Of a stretch of DNA of 23,957 bases, positions 9,811 to 18,831 are shown one piece after another (positions within the stretch are counted from its first letter, which is position 1; the number at the start of each line of letters is the position of its first letter). Source of the stretch: an uncultured bacterium (GTDB lineage Bacteria; Zixibacteria; MSB-5A5; GN15; FEB-12); contig CBDVDR010000029.1 of the NCBI GenBank assembly GCA_965372795.1, positions 1 to 23,957 of the forward strand, written 5' to 3'. A program made the position numbers and the translations under genes. The notes under the pieces are model-generated. The model had not been told where the DNA came from, did not search any database, and saw only the letters and a list, made by a program, of their open reading frames with translations.

Positions 9811-10733
9811 TGAAACGGATTTACACCAGTATTATTATTGCTACCTTAGCTGCTTTAGCTATTGGCTGCGGAGGCGGATTAAAATTAAATGATTTATCCC
9901 CACGAGAATTATATTTGTATGGACAAGAAAGATATGAAAAAAAGAAATATCTAAAAGCGATCGAGCTTTTTCAATCAGTTATTTATAACTATCCGGGTGA
10001 GGCTATGGTTGATTCCGCTCAATATTATTTAGGCTTGTCCTATTTTGGAAATAAGGATTACGAATTGTCTGCTGTTGAGTTTAATCGCCTGGTTGTAAAT
10101 TATCCCGCCTCGAATTATTTTGAAGATGCAATGTACATGAAGGCGGTTGCCTATTATCAAGGCACGCCAAAACATTATGCACTTGATCAAAGTGATCTGG
10201 ATCGGGCTATAAAACTATTTAATGATTATTTAATAGACTTCCCCGAATCCAAACGAATTCCAGAGGTTAAACAGAAACTCAAAGAAGCTCATCTCAGGCT
10301 TGCCAGGAAATATTATGGCGCAGCTCAAGTCTATAATCGTATTGGCGGTTATCGTGCCTCGAAAATTTATTGCCAGAAAGTCATCGATGATTATACCGAT
10401 ACGGAATATGCCGGTGAAGCAATATTCTTGTTCGGTGAAGTAGAATTAAAGCTTCGAAAATATGATCTTGCCCGTGAAAAATTTGAAAGTTTTGTGTCAA
10501 TATTCCCGGATCATCAAAAAGTAGAAAAAGCTAAAGAAAAATTGATAGAAGCTGCTTTCAAAGCTGCCGTTCATGCTTTTGATAAAGGCAAATTTGATGA
10601 TGCCCGCACAAGGTTTGAAAAATTTAATTCAGATTTCCCTGAAAGTAACAAAAAGAACAAAGCTGATAAATATCTAAGAAAGATAGCTGATATTTCAAAT
10701 ATCTCTTCTCAGGCACAAAATGGAAACTCCTGA
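9810..10733 (+). CDS. bamD: Outer-membrane protein assembly factor BamD (TPR lipoprotein)
   Basis: Lipobox LAIGC; TPR repeats with YP/FP turns; DQSDLDRAIKLF...FPES and LARKYY..AQVY segments typical of BamD/YfiO. Confidence 0.85.
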   Translation: MKRIYTSIIIATLAALAIGCGGGLKLNDLSPRELYLYGQERYEKKKYLKAIELFQSVIYNYPGEAMVDSAQYYLGLSYFGNKDYELSAVEFNRLVVNYPASNYFEDAMYMKAVAYYQGTPKHYALDQSDLDRAIKLFNDYLIDFPESKRIPEVKQKLKEAHLRLARKYYGAAQVYNRIGGYRASKIYCQKVIDDYTDTEYAGEAIFLFGEVELKLRKYDLAREKFESFVSIFPDHQKVEKAKEKLIEAAFKAAVHAFDKGKFDDARTRFEKFNSDFPESNKKNKADKYLRKIADISNISSQAQNGNS

Positions 10734-11328
10734 TAATGGGGGCGAATGGGGGATATTAGGGGGTACTTTTGACCCGGTTCATTTCGGGCATATAAATCTT
10801 GCGAGCGAGATTCTAACTAAAAAGAATTTGAACGGTATCTTATTCGTTATAGTGGGCAATCATCCTTTTAAACAGGAACCGGCTCCGTCTGAATATAAAT
10901 ATCGTCTGGAAATGCTGGAGATTGCATTACGCAACTACAATAATCTTATCATTTCAAAAATCGAAGAAGAAAACAATTTATCAGGCTACACAATCGACAC
11001 AATCATAGCCCTAAAAAAGAAATTTCCTCAAGCTGATTTCCATTTTATTATTGGAGCAGATAATATATCCACATTCGATAAATGGCATCAACCTGAAAAA
11101 TTAATGAATGAAGTTGATATTCTTTTAGGAGCCAGACCCGGATATGATTTGAAAGCCTTGCCAAAGCTGCCGAATGATAATTATGAGATTGTCGAAATTG
11201 ATCTATTTGATGCTTCATCTACAGAAATTAGAACTTTACTTAAAAGAAATACTAATGTAGAAAAGCTTAACAAACTAATACCGAATAAAGTGCTAAATTA
11301 TATTACAGAAAATGGATTGTATCGATGA
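10720..11328 (+). CDS. nadD: Nicotinate-nucleotide adenylyltransferase
   Basis: GILGGTFDPVHFGH (HxGH), YTIDT, FIIGADN, W..PEKL, ASSTEIR. Confidence 0.95.
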   Translation: METPDNGGEWGILGGTFDPVHFGHINLASEILTKKNLNGILFVIVGNHPFKQEPAPSEYKYRLEMLEIALRNYNNLIISKIEEENNLSGYTIDTIIALKKKFPQADFHFIIGADNISTFDKWHQPEKLMNEVDILLGARPGYDLKALPKLPNDNYEIVEIDLFDASSTEIRTLLKRNTNVEKLNKLIPNKVLNYITENGLYR

Positions 11329-14054
11329 GTACCGATCAAAAAACGTTATATTTAGTCGATGGATCATCGTTGTTTTACCGTGCTTATTTTGCGTTTATCC
11401 GCAATCCTTTGATAAATTCAAGCGGAGAGAATATTTCAGCAACCTATGGCTATGTAAATTCACTGCTAAAACTAATTCGCGATGAAAAGCCGGATTACCT
11501 TGCAGTCGTCTTTGATACCAAAGAGCCAACTTTTCGTCATAAGATGTATGATGAATATAAATCGACCCGCGCCAAAATGCCTGAGGAACTGGCTGAACAA
11601 ATACCGAGGATTCGTGAGGCGACTGAAGCTTTAAATATTCCCCATTTTGAATTAATCGGCTATGAAGCTGATGATATAATCGGCACCTTTGCGGTCAAAG
11701 GGGAAAAAGAGGGTCTCAAAGTTTACTGTGTGACCGGCGATAAAGATTATTTCCAACTTGTATCTGACAATATCTTTATTTATTACCCAAAACCAGGAGG
11801 CGATAGTCCGGTAAAAATGGGCAGAGAAGAGGTTAAACTCAAATTCGGCGTCTATCCGGAACTGGTAATTGATAAACTTGCCTTAATGGGTGACGCATCG
11901 GATAACATTCCGGGCGTTCCCGGAGTCGGCCCTAAAACAGCGGATGGACTGCTCGAACAATTTGGAGATTTAGATACGGTCTTGAAAGACTGGGAACAGA
12001 TCAAGGCTAAAGGAGTACGTCAGAAAATCGGTGCAAATCATGACAAGGCAACACTATCAAAGGAACTTGTAACTATTGAATTAAATGTGCCGTTAGAGTT
12101 TAAAATTTCAGATGTCATTAAAAAAGATATAAAGTATGAAGAAACTAAAACACTGTTTCTTGAATTAGAATTAAATAGATTACTAAAACAGATTACTCCT
12201 CCAGATCAAACTGATGCCACAGATGAATCTGCCACCGAAGAAAAAGTGCAGACCAAATCTTTTTATCACGGTGTACCTACAATTGCTGATCTTAAAAAAT
12301 TGATCAAAGAATTTACCAAAGCCGATATTATCGCGGTCGATACTGAAACAACTTCAATTGATGCTCTTAAGGCAGAACTGGTTGGCGTTTCCCTGGCAGA
12401 CCGAGCTAACAGCGGTTATTATATTCCCTTGGCACATGAAGACAAAGAGAACAATCTGCCATTTAAAGAAGCTTTGGAAATACTTAAACCTCTACTTGAG
12501 AACCCCAAAGTTCAAAAGGTTGGTCAAAATATAAAATACGATCTAGAGGTTTTTCACAAATATGATATTGATATTACTCCGGTCTCATTTGATACCATGG
12601 TTGCTTCTTATGTGTTAAATCCTTCCGCCCGTCAAAACTCGCTGGATATCATGGCATTAAAACATTTTGACTATAAAATGCAGCCGATATCTGATCTGAT
12701 CGGCTCAGGGAAAAATCAAAAATCGTTTGCCACCGTTCCGGTTGATAAAGCAATTTTCTATGCCGCCGAAGATGCCGATCTGACTTTCAGGCTCCATGAA
12801 ACTCTGGCTCCTAAAATTAAAGAAATGGAGCTAGAAAAGTTATTCTATGATATAGAAGTACCCCTCATAAAAGTCTTAGCTGTAATGGAAGAATCCGGGG
12901 TGCGGATTGACCGGAATTATCTCAAGAAGCTTTCAATAAAAATGGAAAAACAACTGGTCGGGATAAATGAAAAGATTTATGAAATTGCCGGCGGTGAGTT
13001 TAATATAAATTCAACCCAGCAACTTTCACATATTCTTTTTGAAAAGTTGGAGCTCCCCACCAAAGGAAAAACAGCCAAGAAAACCGGATACTCAACCGAT
13101 GTAAAAGTTCTGGAAGAACTCTCAAAGATACACCCTCTCCCAAAACAAATCCTTGAATATCGTCAATTAACAAAGTTAAAAAATACTTACATTGATGCTT
13201 TACCAAGACTAATAAACGAAAAGACCCAGCGCGTCCATACCTCATTTAATCAAACTATTGCTGCTACCGGCAGATTATCTTCAACTGATCCTAATTTGCA
13301 GAATATCCCAATCAGAACCGAAGAAGGTCGTCAAATTCGGAAGGCTTTTATACCCCGTGATGAAAATCACACTCTCCTGGTTGCTGATTATTCTCAAATC
13401 GAACTTCGCATTCTGGCCCATTACGCTCAGGATCAAACGCTGATAAACGCTTTCAATAATAAAGAAGATATTCATATCCGAACAGCGGCTGAAGTCTACG
13501 GAGTCAAACTTGATGAAGTCGACAAAGATATGCGCAGAGCTGCAAAGACTGCCAACTTTGCTATTATTTACGGAGTGACAGCTTACGGTTTAACCCAGCA
13601 GACCGATTTAACGCTGGGTGAAGCTAAAGATTTTATCGAAACCTATTTCAAACGGTATCCCGGTATTCGCGATTATATGGATAAATATAAACAGTTTGCC
13701 CGTGATAACGGTTATGTCACAACTTTGTTTAATCGCCGAAGACCAATTCCAGAGATCAATGACCGCAATAATAGTATCAGGATGTTCGCCGAGCGGATTG
13801 CTATCAATACTCCTATTCAGGGGACTGCGGCTGATATGATCAAACTGGCTATGATTAATATTCAGAGACAGATTGAGGGAATGGCATCCAAAATGATCCT
13901 TCAGGTACATGACGAACTTATCTTTGATGTCCAAAAAGATGAACTTGAAAAAATGAAACAGATTGTTAAAACAGGAATGGAAACGGTTGTTGATCTGGAT
14001 GTCCCAATAGTTGCTGATATGGGAACGGGCGATAACTGGCTTGATGCTAAATAG
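11325..14054 (+). CDS. polA: DNA polymerase I
   Basis: 5' nuclease (LVDGSSLFYRAYFA, EADD, GDASDNIPGVPGVG); 3'-5' exonuclease motifs DTETT, NIKYD, YAAEDA; polymerase motifs DYSQIELR, RRAAKTANFAIIYG, QVHDEL. Confidence 0.98.
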   Translation: MSTDQKTLYLVDGSSLFYRAYFAFIRNPLINSSGENISATYGYVNSLLKLIRDEKPDYLAVVFDTKEPTFRHKMYDEYKSTRAKMPEELAEQIPRIREATEALNIPHFELIGYEADDIIGTFAVKGEKEGLKVYCVTGDKDYFQLVSDNIFIYYPKPGGDSPVKMGREEVKLKFGVYPELVIDKLALMGDASDNIPGVPGVGPKTADGLLEQFGDLDTVLKDWEQIKAKGVRQKIGANHDKATLSKELVTIELNVPLEFKISDVIKKDIKYEETKTLFLELELNRLLKQITPPDQTDATDESATEEKVQTKSFYHGVPTIADLKKLIKEFTKADIIAVDTETTSIDALKAELVGVSLADRANSGYYIPLAHEDKENNLPFKEALEILKPLLENPKVQKVGQNIKYDLEVFHKYDIDITPVSFDTMVASYVLNPSARQNSLDIMALKHFDYKMQPISDLIGSGKNQKSFATVPVDKAIFYAAEDADLTFRLHETLAPKIKEMELEKLFYDIEVPLIKVLAVMEESGVRIDRNYLKKLSIKMEKQLVGINEKIYEIAGGEFNINSTQQLSHILFEKLELPTKGKTAKKTGYSTDVKVLEELSKIHPLPKQILEYRQLTKLKNTYIDALPRLINEKTQRVHTSFNQTIAATGRLSSTDPNLQNIPIRTEEGRQIRKAFIPRDENHTLLVADYSQIELRILAHYAQDQTLINAFNNKEDIHIRTAAEVYGVKLDEVDKDMRRAAKTANFAIIYGVTAYGLTQQTDLTLGEAKDFIETYFKRYPGIRDYMDKYKQFARDNGYVTTLFNRRRPIPEINDRNNSIRMFAERIAINTPIQGTAADMIKLAMINIQRQIEGMASKMILQVHDELIFDVQKDELEKMKQIVKTGMETVVDLDVPIVADMGTGDNWLDAK

Positions 14055-14099
14055 AATTCTCTTCTTGTAATATATAAACTTTCTAAGTTTATTACTCTC

Positions 14100-14675
14100 A
14101 TGCTAATAGGTATCACCGGACAGATCGGATCGGGTAAATCAACAGCGTCTGAAATTTTAAAAGATTTTGGAGCCGCAATTATTGATGCTGATAAAATCGG
14201 CAAACAGGTTGTCGATTCAAATCCTGTCCTGCTAAAAAAACTTGCCACTAAATTTGGTCAGGATATCTTAAAACCTAATGGTCATTTAAATCGTAAGAAA
14301 TTAGCCCAAAAAGCATTTTTAAATTCACAAGCCAAAAATAAACTCGATTTACTGGTTCATCCGTATCTTTTAAAAGAGATTAGAAAACAGATCATAAGCT
14401 ATTCAAAATCACACCAGCTTATCGTTATTGATGCCGCTTTGCTTTTGGAATGGAACCTCGACAAAGAAGTTGATATGACAATAGTTGTTCATGCTTCAAA
14501 AGAAACCCGTTTTAAACGTCTTAAAGCGAGGGGAATTAGCAATGTTGATGCTTTGGCCAGGCAGTCGGTTCAATTGCCATTCTCAGAATTTCGAAAACGA
14601 GCCGACCGGATTATTCTAAATAGCAAATCAAAAGCAGACCTCAAACGGAAACTTAAGAATATTTTCACAAAATAA
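14100..14675 (+). CDS. coaE: Dephospho-CoA kinase
   Basis: IGITGQIGSGKST P-loop, IIDAD, LNRKKLA, LVHP, DAALLLE; polA-coaE adjacency is common. Confidence 0.95.
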   Translation: MLIGITGQIGSGKSTASEILKDFGAAIIDADKIGKQVVDSNPVLLKKLATKFGQDILKPNGHLNRKKLAQKAFLNSQAKNKLDLLVHPYLLKEIRKQIISYSKSHQLIVIDAALLLEWNLDKEVDMTIVVHASKETRFKRLKARGISNVDALARQSVQLPFSEFRKRADRIILNSKSKADLKRKLKNIFTK

Positions 14676-14687
14676 ATTCGAAAAGCA

Positions 14688-14715
14688 TTGACAGATTCTT
14701 CAATTTTTACATAAT
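14688..14715 (+). promoter_or_regulatory. Putative sigma70 promoter for tkt and the aminotransferase
   Basis: TTGACA (14688-14693), 16-nt spacer, CATAAT (14710-14715). Confidence 0.55.
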
Positions 14716-14761
14716 TGCCCGAAAGATAACAACGGATTTTTGTGACTTATATGAGGTGAAA

Positions 14762-16774
14762 ATGCCATTAGTTGAAACTACAAAAAATAATGTGAAAATG
14801 GATTTTACAATTGAACAATTGGTCGAGCGGGCTAATTATATGAGAGGATTAAATGCTATCTCATTATGTTCAGCCGGATCTGGTCATTCTGGTGGAACTC
14901 TTGGAATAATGGACATAGTGGCAGCCCTCTATTTAAAAATTGCATATCATGATCCAAGAAATCCTTTTTGGGAAGATCGGGACCGGATTATCTGGTCTGC
15001 CGGTCATAAAGCTCCGGCTCTTTATACTGCTCTGGCTGTCTCCGGTTACTATCCCGAAAAAGAAATAATGAAACTTCGTATGCTTGGCTCGCCATTTCAG
15101 GGACACCCGCATCATAAAGAACTGCCGGGCGTGGAAATTACATCCGGTTCCTTAGGACAGGGCTTGTCGGTTGCAATAGGTGTGGCTTTGGCTGCCAAAC
15201 AGGACAAAAAGGATTATCGGGTATTCGCAATTTCATCTGATGGTGAACAACAGGAAGGCTCAATTTGGGAGTCTGCGATGTGTGCCGCCCATCACAATCT
15301 TGATAATCTGGTTTTGATTCTTGATAAAAATAGTTTGCAGATCGATGGAACTATTTCTGACATAATGAAAATTGATTCGATTGTAGATAAGTATAAATCA
15401 TTCAACTGGGATGTTATCGAAGCCGATGGCCACGACATGAATCAGATTGTGGAAAGTCTCGACAACGCACGAAATAATAATAATAGTGGCAAACCAGTTG
15501 TGATCGTGTTCAATACAATCAAAGGCAAAGGCGTTTCTTTCATGGAAGATGTTGTCGGTTGGCATGGCAAACCGCCAAATCGTGAAGAATTGACTCAGGT
15601 CTTAGAAGAACTCAAGCTAACTGACAAATTTGATGTTGAAGCCCTTTTGAATTATGGAACAGAATTTCAGGATAAAATCGAAGTTCGCCTTGAAAAAGAA
15701 ATGCCAAAATATTCAAAGAATTTCTGGTGGAACTCTAACGGAAATATGAAAGTTGAGATGGATCCGACTCGTAAAGGGTTTGGTCGGGCACTTGCCAAAC
15801 ATGGCGATGACGAACGAATTATCTGTCTTGGTGCCGATATCTCAGGCTCTATTGCCATCGCTGATTTTTATTCCAAAAACCCCGAACGAAAAAATCGTTT
15901 TCTGTCGATGGGTATTGCTGAACAGGGTGGAACTACCGTAGCTGCCGGACTCGCCAAAGAAGGTAAAATTCCGGTCTTTGGAACCTACGGAGTATTCTCC
16001 TCGGCTCGCAACCTTGATCAATTAAGAGTTTCGGTCTGTTATGGCGACAACAATGTTCTTATTGTTGGTGCTCATGGCGGAATTTCAGTCGGACCCGATG
16101 GTGCGACCCATCAGGAACTTGAATCTTTATTCCAGATTCCGGGACTTCCGAATATGAATGTCGGCGTACCTTGTGACTCTATTGAAACTGACAAAATGAC
16201 CAAAGCTTTGTTGTTTGATGTTGTAGGTCCCAAATATATCAGATTTGCGCGTGAAGCAACTCCGATTATTACAACCGAAGCTACGCCATTCAAGTTTGGC
16301 GAAGCTAATATCTACCGGTTCCGCAAAGAAGCAGACAACATGATTGATGCCTTTGAAATCAAACTTGCTTCTGAATATGAAAATGAAAATGAAGACCTGA
16401 CCATAATTTCCTGTGGACCGGAAACAGCTGAAGCTATCAGAGCAGCCTGGATATTAAAAACTGACTTCAATATTGAAACACGGGTTATAAATCTTCATAC
16501 CATAAAACCGATTGACAAAAAAGCAATTATTAGAGCCGCTCAGGAAACTAAAGCGATGCTGACCGCCGAAGAACACCAGATTGGCGGGCTTGGAAATAAA
16601 GTCGCAGCAATTATATGTCGAGAAAGATCGCTTGATGGTAAATCTCTGCCATTTGATATGATTGGTATTAATGATCGATTTGGTGAATCGGGTAAACCCT
16701 GGCAGCTTATCAAAGAGTTTGGTGTTGCTGCAGAACATATCGCAGAAAAAGCAAAAGAAATACTTGGAATATAG
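14762..16774 (+). CDS. tkt: Transketolase (single chain; N- and C-terminal modules fused)
   Basis: GSGHSGG, SAGHKAPALY, FQGHP, SGSLGQGLS, TPP motif SDGEQQEG...N, TIKGKG, GIAEQ, GPDGATHQ, EEHQ. The SD GAGGTG (14753-14758) favours ATG 14762 over GTG 14756. Confidence 0.88.
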   Translation: MPLVETTKNNVKMDFTIEQLVERANYMRGLNAISLCSAGSGHSGGTLGIMDIVAALYLKIAYHDPRNPFWEDRDRIIWSAGHKAPALYTALAVSGYYPEKEIMKLRMLGSPFQGHPHHKELPGVEITSGSLGQGLSVAIGVALAAKQDKKDYRVFAISSDGEQQEGSIWESAMCAAHHNLDNLVLILDKNSLQIDGTISDIMKIDSIVDKYKSFNWDVIEADGHDMNQIVESLDNARNNNNSGKPVVIVFNTIKGKGVSFMEDVVGWHGKPPNREELTQVLEELKLTDKFDVEALLNYGTEFQDKIEVRLEKEMPKYSKNFWWNSNGNMKVEMDPTRKGFGRALAKHGDDERIICLGADISGSIAIADFYSKNPERKNRFLSMGIAEQGGTTVAAGLAKEGKIPVFGTYGVFSSARNLDQLRVSVCYGDNNVLIVGAHGGISVGPDGATHQELESLFQIPGLPNMNVGVPCDSIETDKMTKALLFDVVGPKYIRFAREATPIITTEATPFKFGEANIYRFRKEADNMIDAFEIKLASEYENENEDLTIISCGPETAEAIRAAWILKTDFNIETRVINLHTIKPIDKKAIIRAAQETKAMLTAEEHQIGGLGNKVAAIICRERSLDGKSLPFDMIGINDRFGESGKPWQLIKEFGVAAEHIAEKAKEILGI

Positions 16775-16785
16775 AGGATATTGAA

Positions 16786-17946
16786 ATGCAATTTAGTGAT
16801 AGAATGTCCCTTTTGGGAACTGAAAGTGCCTTTGAAGTTCTGGCAAAAGCTAAAAAACTTGAAGCTCAAGGTAAATCAATTATCCATATGGAAATCGGTG
16901 AACCTGATTTTGATACACCGCGTAATATTTGTGATGCCGGTATCAAAGCCATAAACGATAGTCAGACTCATTATTGTCCATCAGCCGGACTGCCTGAAGC
17001 TCGACGAGCGGTTGCTGATTATGTGAATAAAACCAGAAATATAAATATAGCTCCTGAAAATACAGTCATTATGCCGGGCGCGAAGCCGGTTATTTTTAAT
17101 ACCATTTTTGCTACTATAAATCCGGGGGATGAAGTTATCGTTCCAAATCCGGGTTATCCTATTTATGAGTCGGTCGTCAGTTATGTGGGAGCGACTCCGG
17201 TATTTATGCACCTGAAAGAGGAAAATGATTTTAGATTTTCCACTGATGAACTTAAAGAGCTGATCACTCCAAAAACAAAAATGATTATTATCAACTCACC
17301 CCAGAATCCGACCGGCGGGATTTTGACTACCGAAGATCTTGAAACTATCTATGAACTCGCTGAAAAACATGATCTTTGGATTCTTACCGATGAAATTTAT
17401 TCCAGAATAGTTTATGAAGTGCCATTTGCCTCAATTACATCAATCCCTGGAGCTATGAAAAGGACAATTGTTATTGATGGTATGTCAAAAACCTACTCGA
17501 TGACCGGATGGCGATTAGGCTATGGTGTCATGCCTGAGGAACTTGCAACTTATCAAACGCAATTAGCAATTAACAATTTCTCTTGCACCGCAACTTTTTC
17601 TCAAATAGCACTAATTGAAGCTTTGGAAGGTCCTCAGGATGATGTCGAAAATATGGTTAAAGAGTTCCAGCGTCGTCGTGATGTTATCGTTGAAGGCTTG
17701 AATAATATTGATGGCATTAGTTGTCTTAAACCTCTCGGTGCTTTTTATGCTTTTGCAAATATTACTAAAACCGGTATGACTTCGACTGAATTTGCAGATT
17801 TCGCCATGGAAACAGCCGGTGTGTCCTGTTTGTCGGGAACAGCTTTTGGTAAATTTGGTGAGGGATATGCCAGATTCTCCTATGCTAATTCGATTGAAAA
17901 TATCAATGAAGCTATCAGTCGAATTAAGAATAATATGCCCAAATAA
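16786..17946 (+). CDS. PLP-dependent aminotransferase class I/II (aspartate aminotransferase-like)
   Basis: IGEPDFDTP, PGAK, PNPGYPIY, NSPQNPTG, DEIY, PLP lysine motif GMSKTYSMTGWRLGY, GAFY, ARFSYA; SD-like AGAGGA upstream. Confidence 0.92.
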   Translation: MQFSDRMSLLGTESAFEVLAKAKKLEAQGKSIIHMEIGEPDFDTPRNICDAGIKAINDSQTHYCPSAGLPEARRAVADYVNKTRNINIAPENTVIMPGAKPVIFNTIFATINPGDEVIVPNPGYPIYESVVSYVGATPVFMHLKEENDFRFSTDELKELITPKTKMIIINSPQNPTGGILTTEDLETIYELAEKHDLWILTDEIYSRIVYEVPFASITSIPGAMKRTIVIDGMSKTYSMTGWRLGYGVMPEELATYQTQLAINNFSCTATFSQIALIEALEGPQDDVENMVKEFQRRRDVIVEGLNNIDGISCLKPLGAFYAFANITKTGMTSTEFADFAMETAGVSCLSGTAFGKFGEGYARFSYANSIENINEAISRIKNNMPK

Positions 17947-17969
17947 TTTTTTTTAGATTTTCTTGATAT

Positions 17970-17997
17970 AAAACCGGGTTATTAACCCGGTTTTTTT
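17970..17997 (+). terminator. Intrinsic terminator after the aminotransferase
   Basis: AAAACCGGGTT-ATT-AACCCGGTTTT followed by further Ts. Confidence 0.9.
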
Positions 17998-17999
17998 AT

Positions 18000-18028
18000 T
18001 TGATTCAAAGCTGTAGGCGAAGTAATTT
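18000..18028 (+). promoter_or_regulatory. Putative sigma70 promoter for the NlpC/P60 operon (would give a near-leaderless mRNA)
   Basis: TTGATT (18000-18005), 17-nt spacer, TAATTT (18023-18028), 5 nt, then ATG 18034. No SD is visible, and only ~36 nt lie between the terminator and the start codon. Confidence 0.4.
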
Positions 18029-18033
18029 CCATT

Positions 18034-18831
18034 ATGAAATATGCTGTTGTAACATCCAATGCTGTCGATTTGTGGAGCCAACCTAAATTTAACTCAGAAC
18101 GTCTTAGTCAGATTTTATTTAATGACTATCTCAAAGTTAAAAAGGAAAATAATGGCTATTGTTTTGTTGAACAAACTGATGGCTATTCAGGGTGGGTCGA
18201 CAAAAGGTATATTTTCTTTATTTCATTAATTGATTTTAACAAAATAAAAATCAATGGAACTGTTGTAACTCCTAAAGCTGTAACAAAGACTGCAAAAAAC
18301 AAACCAACCCCGCCATTTTTTTTGCACTATGGCACCAAACTATCGGTCAATTTTCGTACCCCAAATTTTGTCACAGTACAATTATTAAACGGAGAGTCAT
18401 TCCGACTTAAGAATGCGACTATAAAACCGATAAAACAAATAATGAGCAATGAGACAACAGGCAGACTGATTATTAAAGAAGCTAACAGATTTCTTGGAGT
18501 TCCATATTTGTGGGGCGGAGTCACACCAATGGGGTTCGATTGTTCCGGTTTTACCAGATCAATTTTTGACCGGTTCGGATTTTATTTACCAAGAGATACC
18601 AAAGACCAGATCCGTGTTGGCACAAAAATCACCCGCACAGATATCAAATCAGGAGACCTTCTTTTTTTTAAAAGACACGTTGCTATTGCAGTCAACAACG
18701 ATGAATTTATTCATGCTTCAATAGGTGGAAGCGGTGTTCAGATAAATTCCTTTGTGGAAAACAGCCTGAATTATCGCCCTGATCTTCATCAGGATTTTCA
18801 ACAGGCAAGGAGAGTTTTAAAATGCAAATAG
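18034..18831 (+). CDS. SH3b + NlpC/P60 (C40) peptidase, YkfC/dipeptidyl-peptidase VI-like
   Basis: N-terminal SH3b-like segment (SERLSQILF...VEQTDGYSGWV); PYLWGG...GFDCSGF, LPRDT, GDLLFF, HVAI, FIHAS (Cys-His-His); no signal peptide. Confidence 0.9.
   Translation: MKYAVVTSNAVDLWSQPKFNSERLSQILFNDYLKVKKENNGYCFVEQTDGYSGWVDKRYIFFISLIDFNKIKINGTVVTPKAVTKTAKNKPTPPFFLHYGTKLSVNFRTPNFVTVQLLNGESFRLKNATIKPIKQIMSNETTGRLIIKEANRFLGVPYLWGGVTPMGFDCSGFTRSIFDRFGFYLPRDTKDQIRVGTKITRTDIKSGDLLFFKRHVAIAVNNDEFIHASIGGSGVQINSFVENSLNYRPDLHQDFQQARRVLKCK

Noticed and set aside
11325..14054. Possibility of an intein, inactivated proofreading domain or phage-type polymerase in polA
   Set aside because: Length (909 aa) and all nuclease and polymerase motifs look normal for a cellular Pol I.
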